Positions 22,255-32,932 of a DNA stretch of 64,000 bases are shown here, piece after piece. The position numbers and the translations under genes were made by a program. The notes under the pieces are model-generated. The model was not told where the DNA came from. It worked only from the letters and a program-made list of their open reading frames with translations, and did not search any database. Each line of letters begins with the position of its first letter. Within the stretch, counting starts at the first letter, position 1. The DNA is taken from positions 224,001-288,000 of the forward strand of contig CBDCXV010000009.1 in assembly GCA_965223905.1 (NCBI GenBank), given 5' to 3'. Source of the DNA: Candidatus Latescibacterota bacterium (GTDB lineage Bacteria > Latescibacterota > UBA2968 > UBA8231).

Positions 22255-22551
22255 TGGTTCGTCCTCGGTAGGTGATTGTTTGCCGGCCCTGTTGCCATGA
22301 CCGCCAGGCGGCGATGCTGCGAGCCTGGGTTGCGGGAAGCTTCTGCAGACACGGCCTGCCGATAGTCTGAGACGGTAGGCGGTCGGCAGCAATAAACTGT
22401 TCCGCCGACAGGGCCTCTGGCAAGTTGGATTTTCCGGGGACGGACGGCTTTGAGCGGGGTCCTCAAACGAACTGTTGCCTGCCATGCCGGGAACAACCAA
22501 GCTCCGGCGAAGCAGGCGAAAGCCTTCGGGTGCCCGTCCCGTCAACTACCC

Positions 22552-24478
22552 TTACATGTGCGACAGCACCCTGCCGTTCTCCACCGTCAGCGCGTAGATG
22601 ACCCCCCACCCTCCTCCGGTCAGCACCTCTCCGAGAATCAGCCCGAGGAAGAACGGCTTGAGCGTCCGGAACAGCTTGCCGCCGCCGACGTGGAGGATGA
22701 TCGCCTTGAGGATCCAGGCGATCAGCGCCGAAAACCAGATGGAGCTGGTCAGCCAGCCGAAGGCGATGGTGAAGCCGATCGGGTGCAGGGGCCACCAGTG
22801 CCAGCGGTGCTGTCCCCACATCAGCAGGAACTCGAAGGCCCCGCCGATCCCCCTGAACAGCCAGCCGCGCATGTTGGCCTCCGGCATGGCGGTCGAGGTC
22901 GGGCCGATGTAGGGCCAGCCGTGGCCCCCGGCCCATTTCAGGGGGTTGAGGTTGATGGCGCCGTAGCTGTAAGAGAGCTCGAGGGTCGTGTAGAGGGACG
23001 CCAACAGGCTGGCGACCAGGGCGATGATCAGGCCCCAGAAGAGGCGGGTTTTCGAGCCCTTCACCGACTCGGCGAGCTTGAGGCCGTTGGAGGCGGCGAC
23101 CATCGGCGAGGTGCGCGATTCCCCCTGCCAGATGAAGGTGTAGGTGAGCGCCACCAGGCCCTTGGTTCCGAGCATCGAGGTGCCGAAACCGGAGATGATG
23201 AAGTAGGCCGGCACGATCGGGCTGCGCGCCGTGGGAACCCCCGCGGTGGCGACGACGCGCGCCACCAGGGCGAAGAAGATCACGCTGACGATGAGAAGCA
23301 CCGGGACATACACCGCCGGCACCCCGGAGCGCCACAGCCAGATGCCTACCGCGGTGAAGCTGACGAGAAAGCCGATGACCGCGGTGCGGTAGCGCAGCAG
23401 CTCCTCGCTGTCGTCGATCCCCTTGCGCGGGCTCCAGGCGGAGCGCATCACGTCCCTGAGGTGGACGCGGGCGCTCCCACAAGCCGAAGAGGATGAAGAC
23501 GATCACCGCCCCGGTCTGCTGGTGCACCAGGTCGGCGGCGGGAGGGTACGACTCGTAGGCGCTCAGGCGCTCGGTGCTGGCGATGCCGAGGACGTTGAAA
23601 ATCCCCTCCTGGATCTTGTAGAAGACGAAGAAGAACCAGACGCTGAAGGTGAGGTCGAGACTGGCGAGGTAGAAGAAGCCGACATAGGCGAAGACGACCC
23701 TCATCGGCAGGTGCACGGTGCCCCGGAACATCGGGAAGCCGATGCTCAGGTTCGGGTCGGGCAGGAAGGGGAAGTAGAAGTTGAGCCCCTTCATGCTCAG
23801 GTACAGGAAGGGAAGGGAGAACCCCACCCACATGATCGGGTTGCGGAACAGGGGAGCCACCTTCGACACGCCCCCCTCTTCGCCGGCGAGCATCCCCTGC
23901 GGCAGCTGCATCATCGGGTAGGCGAGGCGCTCGTGGGTCGACCACTGGCGGTGCAGGATGCCGCTGAGGCAGATCAGCATGAACCCCATCGCCACCACCA
24001 GCCCGAGCCACCAGGCCATCGGCTCGACCCACGCCTCCCACGGGATCGGAGTGCCCCTGGGCAGGCCCTCGTAGTACCCCTTGATGGCCTCGAGGTCCTG
24101 GGGCACGATCCACTGCGGGATGTAGTCGTAGAACAGCTCTTCGAAGCGGTTTTCGGGGGTGGCGTAGTAGAACGGGTAGACGATGGTCCCGATCAGGAAG
24201 AACATCAGCCCCCAGGTCGGCACCGTGACCGCCATCAACAGCATGCAGTAGATGAGAATGAGGTCGGGTTTGGACAGCGCCAGCCGGCGACCGAGAAAGG
24301 CGACGACGATGTTGGCGAAGACGGCACAGGCGAAGAAGAGCAGGGCCCCGGGCGAGGAGGGGTTGAAGCCGATCCAGTGGTACTGGAAGACGGTGACGTA
24401 CGGGGCGACGACCCCGATCGCCAGGCACAAGAGAGTGCCGATACCGAGTCCCTTCAGACTGAAGGCGGATTTGCTCAC
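22552..24478 (-). CDS. DUF6785/DUF6784-type polytopic membrane protein, frameshifted near 23478
   Basis: YYATPEN, QWxxxERLAYP and WWPLHPIG...PFFLGLILG motifs; two ORF halves join if one G is removed from TGGG. Confidence 0.7.
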
Positions 24479-24650
24479 GTCGTCGATTTTCGCCGGTGAA
24501 TGCGGATGGGATGGCGGGGGGTTCGGGCATCCGATAGTGGACCGTTCCGCTCAATCGTGCAATTTCGCTGCCTTGCTTGCTTGCGCGCGCAGGCACCGGG
24601 CCGAAGCGGCCTGATGCACCGGCGGCGGCACACTCCCTGGAGCTTCCGAA

Positions 24651-26291
24651 ATGCCCGGAATTCTGTTCAACAGCGACGGCGGCAGCGGCGCCCTGTTCGC
24701 CTTCGAGCCGCCGATCACCCACGGCCAGCTCTGCCGCGTCGTCGACTCGCTGCAAGGCACCCAGGTCGGCGTCTTCATCCAGTGCGTTTCCTACGGCTCC
24801 TTCGTCGTTCACGGCACCCGGGTCGGCGAGGTCTACGGCCTGGACATGGGCGACGACGAGTTCGAGAACGAGAACTTCCGGCGCTGGGCCGCAAACATGA
24901 AGGGGTTGCTGGACTCCGGGGAAGATCCGCTGGCGATCTGGGCAGGCCGCACCCACGAGCTGGGCATGCGCTTCTTCGCCGGCCTGCGCATGAACGACAT
25001 CCACAAGGACTGGGTCGAGCGCTGGCCGTCGCTGCGCAGCCGCTGGGAGCGGGAGCGTCCCCACGTCGCCATCGGCCGCGACGTCCCGCCCGGGTACAGG
25101 AGCCGGAACGCGCGCCCGGGGCAGCCTTCGGACGGCTTCACCTGTGTTTTCGACTTCGCCGTCGACGAGGTGCGCGAGCACAAGCTGGCGCTGGTCGGGG
25201 AGTTGTGCGCCGGCTACGACATCGACGGCCTGGAGATGGATTTCCTCAGCCACCCGATCTACTTCAAGGCGGGGCGCGAGCGGGAGGGAGCCCCCCTGCT
25301 GACCAACTTCATGCGCCGGGCGCGGGCCCTGGCGGACAAGGCGGCCGCGGACAAGGGGGCTGAACGCCCGACGGGCGGTCCGGGAGAATCGGGCGAATCC
25401 CGGGACAGCCTGACTTCGCCAGGCAACCGCAAGCTGACCCTGGTGGCGCGGGTGCCCGCGAGCGTCGAGGCCTGCGAGGCGATCGGCATCGACGTGGTCA
25501 CCTGGATCGAGGAGGGGCTCGTGGACGCCGTCGTGCCGGCGATCCGGGGCTACCTCGACATGAGCCGCGACATCCGCGGCCTCGTGGAGATCGCGGCCGC
25601 CGGTCCCTGCGAGATCTACGGAGGGCTGTCGGATCTGTATGTGCGCCACTACCGGGGGCCCAACGCCCCGCGGGCATCCGTCGAGATGCTGCGGGCGGCG
25701 GCGCAGCTGCACTGGCGCGCCGAGGCATCGGGGAATCCACCTGTTCAACTACGACTGCCACGCCACCGGTTTTCAGCACCACAACACCGAGGAGGAGGTC
25801 GGCCTCGAGGAGGTGCCGCTGTTCAGTCCGCCGGAGTTCCAGGCGCTGACCGAGATCGGCGACAGCGGCCTGGTCGAGTTCCGCGATAAGCAGTACCTCG
25901 TCACCCACGACATGGAGCACCGCACCCCGGACGAAGGGAGGGGAGGGCGCCGCTTCCGGTGGCGCTGGAAGCGGCAGGCGATGCGGTCGAGATCGGGCTG
26001 AGGATCGCCGACGACGTCAGCGGCGCACGGCAGCGAGGAAGGGAGGTGGAGGTGACGCTGCGCATCGGGCTGGCCGGGTTCCGCGCCGGGGGGGACCGGC
26101 TGCGGGTGGAGTTGAACGGCGTCCCCCTGGAGACGCGGGCCGTCGATTCGCAGGTCGTCTGCGAAGATCCGCCGGTGAGGGAGGGGGCCAACCGGCTGCG
26201 CATCCTGCTTGAGGAACGGTACCCCGGGGCGGATGGGGCGCTGCGTGTCGAAGGGGTGGAGGTGCTGGTCTCCTATCGCGGGGCCGACTGA
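24651..26291 (+). CDS. Hypothetical glycoside-hydrolase-like TIM-barrel protein, two frameshifts (~25730, ~25945)
   Basis: FNSDG, LRMNDIH, YDIDGLEMDF, DVVTWIEEGLVD and GIHLFN continue across three ORFs; both shifts lie in G runs. Confidence 0.6.
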
Positions 26292-26367
26292 AGGAGGAAG
26301 TGCATATCTGTCGGGGTTATTGTCGCTTGAAGGAAAAGCCCGGGGGTCTTCCCGCCTGCGGCCGGCC

Positions 26368-27213
26368 CTATGGGTGCAGCTCCAGCTCGCGGGCGGTTGC
26401 GTATGTGAGCTGTGCCAGCTCGGCCGCCGATTCCCCCTGTCGGGGGGTGATCACCTCGAAGGTCCACAGGCCCCGGTAGCAGACGTCCCGCAGCGCCTGG
26501 CGAATCGCCGGCCAGTCGAGATCCCCCTGTTGCGGGGCCCAGTGGTTGTCCTGCGGGTCCTCACCGTCGACGTCCTGCAGATGGGTGCCCCACAGGCGCT
26601 CGCCCGCAGCCCTGATTTCGCCGGCCGGGTCGTTGCCCACAGTCCAGGCGTGGCCGGTGTCGACGACCAGTCCCACCGCCTCCTCCGGGTAGTCGCCGAC
26701 GAGGCCGCGCAGCCCGGCCATGTTCAGGAAGGGGTAGTGGCAGTGGTAGGGCAGGTTCTCCAGCAGCATCCGCACCCCCGACTCGAGCGCCACCGGCACC
26801 AGGTCGTCGAGGGAGCGCCGCGCCGCGTCCGACATGATCCCGGTCAGCTCCGGCCGTTCGGGATCCTCGACGAATCTCGGATTCGGCACCGGGTGGATGA
26901 CCATGCCGGCGGCGCCGATGGCCCCCGACAGGCGCAGGAACTCGCCTAGCAGCGCCGCCTTCTCCCGCCGCCAGTCCTCCTCGGGGGCGGCGAGCACGTT
27001 GCGCATCATCGGCGCGTGCACGGTGCCGGCGCGCAGGCCGGACCCCTCGATCCGCGCTTGCAGCTGCTCGAGTTCCCTGCCGGTGAGAACCCGTTCGGGG
27101 TCTCCCTCCAGCGAGGAGATCTCGACGTGGGAATACCCTGCCGCGGCGATCTCTTCGAGAGCCTTCGCGAGCGGCTGGTCCTTGAATCCTGCGGTAGCGT
27201 AGCTGATCTGCAT
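26368..27213 (-). CDS. Sugar phosphate isomerase/epimerase (AP endonuclease 2 TIM barrel)
   Basis: LLENL, DTGHA, HLQD, H..P..G.LDW, TFE. Confidence 0.85.
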   Translation of the reverse strand: MQISYATAGFKDQPLAKALEEIAAAGYSHVEISSLEGDPERVLTGRELEQLQARIEGSGLRAGTVHAPMMRNVLAAPEEDWRREKAALLGEFLRLSGAIGAAGMVIHPVPNPRFVEDPERPELTGIMSDAARRSLDDLVPVALESGVRMLLENLPYHCHYPFLNMAGLRGLVGDYPEEAVGLVVDTGHAWTVGNDPAGEIRAAGERLWGTHLQDVDGEDPQDNHWAPQQGDLDWPAIRQALRDVCYRGLWTFEVITPRQGESAAELAQLTYATARELELHP

Positions 27214-27238
27214 CGGTCCGGTCCTCCATTGGAATAGG

Positions 27239-27871
27239 TTACATGACGAGAACAGGTGCTCGATCTCGGCGAGGGCGACGTCCAGCTCCCGCCGGTCCGC
27301 GTCGTCGAGCGCCGCGGCGCCGGGCTGGCGCATCAGCCCGGTCTGCAACAGCCCCCGCCTGACCAGCACCTCTTTTGACGAAGGGGAGCCCGAGGTTGAA
27401 GGTGAGGTGGATGAAGGGGGCGACCTGGTTGTAGATCGCCCGCGCCCCGGTCCTGTCCCCTGCCTGGAAGGCGTTCCAGATTTTCACGTGGACGTCGACG
27501 ATCTCCACGGAGGGCATGAAGCCGTGCGCGCCGCGCTCGAGCTCGGAGGGCATCCAGCGGCACCAGCCGCCCCCGATCACGCCCCAGCAGCCGGGCAGGT
27601 CGGCCTCGAGAAGGCCGCTGATGTGGTGGGCGCTCGGCTCCATCTCCTCCTTGATGTAGCGCACGTGCTCGACCTCGGTGAGCAGACGCTGTCTCTCCCC
27701 GTCGGACAGGAACTGGAACTCGCTGCCCAGCACCGGGTAGACGAGGCCGTGGGCGCCCGCCTCGATGCAGAAGGCGACCTGCCGCGCCATGCTCTCCATG
27801 TCCGGCTCGCCGTCTGCAGCCAACGCCGTCTGCACCACCGGTAGAATCCCGCGAATTCGCTCCTCGCCCAT
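27239..27871 (-). pseudogene. Dihydrodipicolinate synthase family gene with an internal deletion and a frameshift
   Basis: GILPVVQT...GAHGL...SEFQFLSDGER is joined directly to YIKEE, so the central barrel is missing; extra A at FVK shifts the VLVRRG tail. Confidence 0.7.
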
Positions 27872-28115
27872 GTTCGGCCCTCCGGCCGGCACCGCTGCGC
27901 CGGCTCCTGTCTGTCAATGGAAATGCGCCTGCCGCAGGCGCGGGATCGCCCGCCCTGCCATCGTCCGTCGCGGACCCGGGCGCGGTTCCACAACAAAGCA
28001 CCCCTGGATCGCGGCCACAAGCCGCGGCCATTCCCTTGCCGCCGGCCCCCCCGGGCCCGTTTATCCTTCGCCTCGCGTCCAAGTTCACCGCTTGCCCAAC
28101 TATTCAGACTCCGAG

Positions 28116-28880
28116 ATGAAACCTGCACGCCGAATCCTCGGCCGCATCGCCGCCGGCCGGCTGACCACCGGGGTGCTCGTCACCGAGCAGCTGTTCCCGC
28201 AGATGGTCGACTACTTCAAGACCGTCGGCCTCGACTACATGATCGTCGACTGCGAGCACGGCGCTTTCGACGACGGACTCGTGGCCGACGTATGCAGCCT
28301 GGGACGCATGGCGGACTTCGCCGTGCTCCTGCGGCCGATCGACTGCGACTACTCGACCATCCGCCGCGCCATCGACCGGGGGCCGTGCGGTTTTCTGCTT
28401 CCCTCGGTGGATTCGGCCGCCGACCTCGACCGCGTGCGCGAGGCCATCTACATGCCGCCGCGCGGTCTGCGCAGGCCGGGGGGCCTGGGCAACTACTGGG
28501 TGTCCGACTACTCGGCCGAAACCTGGAGGGCCGAGGTGGAGGAGGACTTCATCGTGCTGCCGCAGATCGAAACGGTGAAGGGCCTGGAGAACGCCGGGGA
28601 AATCGCCGCCCACGAGCTCACCACGGCGATCGCCATCGGGCCCTACGACCTGTCCCATTCCATCGGCGTCAACGCGCAGATGGACCACCCGGAGTTCCTG
28701 CGGGCGGTGGCGCGCATCCGCGAGGCGGGCGAGAAGGCCGGCAAGACCATGTGGGAGATCGGCGATGCCAGCCTCGTCGCCCGCGGCTGCCGCTTCATCT
28801 GCCTCGGCGAGGCGATGGCCCATCTCAGGGGATCGCTGTCGCAGGGAATCGAGAAAGCGAGAGAGGAGGCCGGAGGATGA
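28116..28880 (+). CDS. HpcH/HpaI aldolase family protein
   Basis: VDCEHG, PQIET, IGPYDLS. Confidence 0.88.
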   Translation: MKPARRILGRIAAGRLTTGVLVTEQLFPQMVDYFKTVGLDYMIVDCEHGAFDDGLVADVCSLGRMADFAVLLRPIDCDYSTIRRAIDRGPCGFLLPSVDSAADLDRVREAIYMPPRGLRRPGGLGNYWVSDYSAETWRAEVEEDFIVLPQIETVKGLENAGEIAAHELTTAIAIGPYDLSHSIGVNAQMDHPEFLRAVARIREAGEKAGKTMWEIGDASLVARGCRFICLGEAMAHLRGSLSQGIEKAREEAGG

Positions 28881-29860
28881 GCAGGTTCGCCGACTACGAG
28901 AGGGAATTCTTCGCCAGCCAGCTCGACTCCTTCCTTCCGGACCGCGTCTTCGACGCGCACACCCACCTGTGGCGCAAGGAGTTCGTCGAGTGGTCGGTCC
29001 CCGGCGGGCCCGACGACGTCGGCTACCCCGAGCACTGCGAGTTGATGCAGGACCTGCACCCCGGCCGCCATACCGCGGGCCTGTTCCTGCCCTCGGTAGC
29101 CCTCGGCGGCGACGGCAGCTTCCGGCGGCAGAACGGGTGGGTCGCCCAAGCCGTCGCCGCGGCCCCGGACTGCCGCGGCATGTTCTTCGTCAGACCGGAG
29201 GACGACCCGGAGTGGGTGCGCCAGGAGGTGAAACGGCTTGGATTGCACGGCCTCAAGTGCTACCACACGATGGCCTCGGTGAAGCCGACCTGGGAGGCGG
29301 AGATCCCCGACTACCTGCCGGAGCGGCTGGTGAAGGTCGCCGGCGAGGAGGGCTGGGCGATCACCCTGCACATGGTGAAGTCGCGGGCCGCGGCCGATCC
29401 CGGCAACATTCACTGGATCCGCCGTTACTGCGAGACCTACCCGAACATGCGGCTGATCCTCGCCCACTCGGCGCGCGGGTTCCAGCCGGCGCACAACCTC
29501 GAGGGCCTGCCGCAGCTGGCCGGCCTCGACAACCTCTACTGCGACACCAGCGTCAACTGCGAGCCGATGGCCCACCAGGCGATCATCCGCTTCCTCGGGC
29601 ACGACAAGCTGATGTACGGGACCGACCTGCCGGTCTGCCACGGACGCGGCCGGTCGGTGGGGGTCGCCGACACCTTCCTCTGGCTCGGAGAGGAGCAGCC
29701 GGTCTGGGAGGAGAAGCACCAGACCATCCAGCCGCTGGCCATCGGCCTGGAGCACCTGCGCTCGATCAAGTGGGCCTGCTGGGGGGAGCGCCTCGGGGAC
29801 GCCGCGGTCGAGGACATCTTCTGGAACAACGCGGCGCGGCTGTTCGGCATCGAGGACTGA
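28877..29860 (+). CDS. Amidohydrolase_2 family protein
   Basis: DAHTH, GLKCYH, TLH, ILAHSARG, YGTD, NAARL. Confidence 0.85.
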   Translation: MSRFADYEREFFASQLDSFLPDRVFDAHTHLWRKEFVEWSVPGGPDDVGYPEHCELMQDLHPGRHTAGLFLPSVALGGDGSFRRQNGWVAQAVAAAPDCRGMFFVRPEDDPEWVRQEVKRLGLHGLKCYHTMASVKPTWEAEIPDYLPERLVKVAGEEGWAITLHMVKSRAAADPGNIHWIRRYCETYPNMRLILAHSARGFQPAHNLEGLPQLAGLDNLYCDTSVNCEPMAHQAIIRFLGHDKLMYGTDLPVCHGRGRSVGVADTFLWLGEEQPVWEEKHQTIQPLAIGLEHLRSIKWACWGERLGDAAVEDIFWNNAARLFGIED

Positions 29861-29888
29861 CGGGGAGGCCGCAGGAGGTGAGGACCCA

Positions 29889-32327
29889 ATGGCCCTGAAG
29901 AAATCCCAGCTCTACTCGTCGCTCTGGCAGAGCTGCGACGAGCTGCGCGGCGGCATGGACGCCTCGCAGTACAAGGACTACGTCCTGACGCTGCTGTTCA
30001 TGAAGTACGTCTCGGACAAGTACGCCGGCAGCCCCGACGCGCTTATCGAAGTTCCCGAAGGCGGCGGCTTCGCCGACATGGTAAGGCTCAAGGGCGACAA
30101 GGAGATCGGCGACAAGATCAACACGATCATCGGTGAGCTCGCCGAGGCCAACGACCTCAAGGGAGTCATCGACCAGGCCGACTTCAACGACGAGAGCAAG
30201 CTCGGCGCCGGCAAGGAGATGCAGGACCGGCTCTCCAAGCTGGTCGCCATATTCGAGGGCCTCGACTTCCGCGCCAACCGCGCCGAGGGGGACGACCTGC
30301 TCGGCGACGCCTACGAGTACCTGATGCGGCACTTCGCCACCGAGTCGGGCAAGAGCAAGGGGCAGTTCTACACCCCGGCCGAAGTCTCGCGCATCATGGC
30401 CAAGGTGGTCGGCATCGGCCCGGATACCCGGCAGGACCAGACCATTTACGACCCGACCTGCGGCTCGGGCTCGCTTCTGCTCAAGGCTGCGGACGAGTCG
30501 CCGAGGGGCATCACCGTGTACGGCCAGGAGATGGACAACGCAACCTGGGCCCTGGCCATGATGAACATGATCCTGCACGGCCATGAAACCGCCGAACTCT
30601 GGCGCGGCAACACCCTGGCCTCCCCGTACTTCAAGCACCCGAAGGGAAGCCTCAAGACCTTCGACTTTGCCGTCGCCAATCCGCCCTTTTCGGCCAAGGC
30701 CTGGTCCAGCGGCATCGATCCGGTCAACGACGAGTTCAGGCGTTTCGAGTACGGAATTCCTCCGGCGAAGAACGGGGACTACGCCTTCCTTTTGCATCTG
30801 ATCACTTCGCTCAATAGCAGGGGAAAGGGCGCGATCATCCTGCCGCACGGCGTGCTGTTCCGCGGCAACAAGGAGGCAGCCATCCGCAGGAATCTCATCC
30901 TCCGGGGCCTCATCAAGGGGATCATCGGCCTGCCCGCCAACCTCTTCTACGGCACCGGCATCCCCGCCTGCATCCTGATCCTCGACAAGGAGAACGCCCA
31001 CGCCCGCAGCGGCATCTTCATGATCGACGCGAGCAGGGGCTTTCTCAAGGACGGCAACAAGAACCGCCTGCGCGCGCAGGACATTCACCTCATCGTCGAC
31101 GTGTTCAACCGGCAGACCGAGGTGCCGCGTTATTCCCGCATGGTGCCGGTGGCCGAGATCGCCGATCCCGCCAACGACTACAACCTCAACCTTCCGCGCT
31201 ACATCGATTCCAGCGAGCCCGAAGACCTCCACGACCTCGAGGCGCATCTGCAAGGCGGCATACCCGACCGCGACCTGGACGCGCTCGATACCTACTGGAA
31301 CGTCTTCCCCTCGCTGCGCCAGGCGTTGTTTGCCGGCAACGGCAGGGCGGGCTACAGCGAGGCGCGGGTCGAGACGCCGCAACAGAAGGCGGCCATCCTC
31401 GGAAACCGGGAGTTCAAGTCGTACGAGGCGCGTGTCGCTGGTATCTTTGAGGCATGGCGTGAGGCGCACGAGCCGGTTCTCAAGGGACTGGAGGCGGGGG
31501 CCGATCCAAAGGAGGTCGTCGGCGGTTTGTCGGAAGATCTGCTGAAGAGATTTGCCGACTTGCCGCTGCTCGATCCATACGACGTGTACCAGCGGCTGAT
31601 GGACTATTGGGAAGAGGAAATGCAGGACGACGTATATCTCATTGCCGCTGACGGCTGGACCGAGGCCGCCAGGCCGCGCGGCATCATCGAGGACAGGGAA
31701 AGGAAGATCAAGGAGACGGCGGATCTCACGATCAAGCGCAGGAAGTACAAGATGGACCTGATCCCTCCGGAGCTGATCGTCGCGCGCTACTTCGCCGATA
31801 AACAGGCCGCCATCGATGCGCTACAGGCAAGACAGGAAGCTGCCGCCCGCGAGCTGGAGGAGTTCGTTGAAGAGCACACTGGCGACGGCTTGCTGGAGGA
31901 TGCGGTCAACGACAAGGGCAAGGTCACCAAGGGCGGCGTGACAGAGCGGCTCAAGGCTATCCGATACGAGCTGGAGAGCGACGAGGAACGCGATGCCCTC
32001 AAGCACTGTCGGACCTTGATTGAGGCTGACGCCGAGGCGGGCAAGGCTGTCAAAGAGGCCCAAGCCCGTTTGGATGAGCAGGTGCTGGCCCGCTATGGCG
32101 TGCTCACTGAAGTAGAGATCAAGACGCTGGCGGTCGAGGACAAGTGGTTTGCGAGCATCCGGGGCGCAATCGAGGGTGAGGTGCAGCGGCTGACCCAGCA
32201 GCTCGCCGGGCGCGTGAAGGAACTGGAAGAGCGCTACGCCCGTCCGCTGCCGGAGTTGGAGCGGGAGGTGGAGGTGTTCGGCGCGAGGGTCGAGGGGCAC
32301 TTGAAGCGGATGGGGATTTCGTCGTGA
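29889..32327 (+). CDS. hsdM: Type I R-M methyltransferase subunit
   Basis: LRGGMDASQYKDY, GQFYTP, DPTCGSG, ANPPF, LPHGVLFRG. Confidence 0.97.
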   Translation: MALKKSQLYSSLWQSCDELRGGMDASQYKDYVLTLLFMKYVSDKYAGSPDALIEVPEGGGFADMVRLKGDKEIGDKINTIIGELAEANDLKGVIDQADFNDESKLGAGKEMQDRLSKLVAIFEGLDFRANRAEGDDLLGDAYEYLMRHFATESGKSKGQFYTPAEVSRIMAKVVGIGPDTRQDQTIYDPTCGSGSLLLKAADESPRGITVYGQEMDNATWALAMMNMILHGHETAELWRGNTLASPYFKHPKGSLKTFDFAVANPPFSAKAWSSGIDPVNDEFRRFEYGIPPAKNGDYAFLLHLITSLNSRGKGAIILPHGVLFRGNKEAAIRRNLILRGLIKGIIGLPANLFYGTGIPACILILDKENAHARSGIFMIDASRGFLKDGNKNRLRAQDIHLIVDVFNRQTEVPRYSRMVPVAEIADPANDYNLNLPRYIDSSEPEDLHDLEAHLQGGIPDRDLDALDTYWNVFPSLRQALFAGNGRAGYSEARVETPQQKAAILGNREFKSYEARVAGIFEAWREAHEPVLKGLEAGADPKEVVGGLSEDLLKRFADLPLLDPYDVYQRLMDYWEEEMQDDVYLIAADGWTEAARPRGIIEDRERKIKETADLTIKRRKYKMDLIPPELIVARYFADKQAAIDALQARQEAAARELEEFVEEHTGDGLLEDAVNDKGKVTKGGVTERLKAIRYELESDEERDALKHCRTLIEADAEAGKAVKEAQARLDEQVLARYGVLTEVEIKTLAVEDKWFASIRGAIEGEVQRLTQQLAGRVKELEERYARPLPELEREVEVFGARVEGHLKRMGISS

Positions 32328-32371
32328 GGGAGAGATTCGTCCCGTTGAGTTCCGTACCTTTAGAAGAAGTG
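32278..32371 (+). repeat. hsdM 3' end and downstream junction; source of degenerate copies at 34160-34202 and 42697-42756
   Basis: 32278-32320 vs 34160-34202: 35/43 identical by eye; 32313-32371 aligns with 42697-42756 starting from an identical gggatttcgtcgt. Confidence 0.75.
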
Positions 32372-32430
32372 TGGTATGATGACCGGTCGTTGGCTGGCAA
32401 CCTGAAGTCGTTCACTTTGGAGGAACAGTA

Positions 32431-32655
32431 ATGGTAGAGCAAATAACCGTGTCAGTTGATTCCGATGTAGCCAAACTCTACCGTTCGGCTTCTGACAATG
32501 AGCGTCGCAAACTGGATTTGCTTGTCAATTTGTGTTTGCGTGATGCGACAGAATCCGGGAAATCACTTGGGGACACGATGCTGGAAATCAGCCGCAACGC
32601 GCAACGGCGCGGTCTGACTCCGGAGATTTTGCAGTCCATCTTGGCCGACGAATGA
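32431..32655 (+). CDS. Small putative antitoxin
   Basis: 74 aa, RBS ggagg, ends AQRRGLTPEILQSIL; overlaps the PIN gene start (ATGA). Confidence 0.65.
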   Translation: MVEQITVSVDSDVAKLYRSASDNERRKLDLLVNLCLRDATESGKSLGDTMLEISRNAQRRGLTPEILQSILADE

Positions 32656-32824
32656 CCTGCTTCGTCTTCGATACAAACGTCATCATCAGTGCTTTACTCT
32701 TCAACGATTCCGTACCAGGGCGGGCGTTCCTCCAGGCTTTGAATCATGGAATGATTCTGGTTTCCGGGGCATTGTTGGCGTAGAGATTATAACGCCTGCC
32801 GAGTTCCTGAAATTGACCGCTTGA
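32652..32824 (+). pseudogene. PIN-domain toxin remnant with a large internal deletion
   Basis: MTCFVFDTNVIISALL... N-terminus joined out of frame to the typical C-terminus GVEIITPAEFL. Confidence 0.75.
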
Positions 32825-32830
32825 CCCGCG

Positions 32831-32911
32831 CAAGGTGCCATCGCCGAGGCGTTATCGGATGTGGATGGATTGCTCTCGGCGTTGGAGGAGCTGATCGCCA
32901 AGAAGCGGGCC
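32831..32911 (+). repeat. Orphan hsdS central conserved-region fragment
   Basis: 72/81 nt identical to 34793-34873; QGAIAEALSDVDGLLSALEELIAKKRA vs QRAITEALSDVDKLLAALEALIAKKRA. Confidence 0.9.
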
Positions 32912-32932
32912 TGTAGATTGCGGAGCGGTGCG

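Noticed and set aside
22496-22540. GNRA/UUCG-like mini hairpins (ggcgaaagcc, ccttcggg) suggesting an ncRNA or REP
   Set aside because: Single occurrence with short stems; not enough support
26368-27369. Apparent DHDPS-tail/isomerase fusion
   Set aside because: Arises from the frameshifted DHDPS remnant; the isomerase has its own RBS (ggagg) and ATG at 27213
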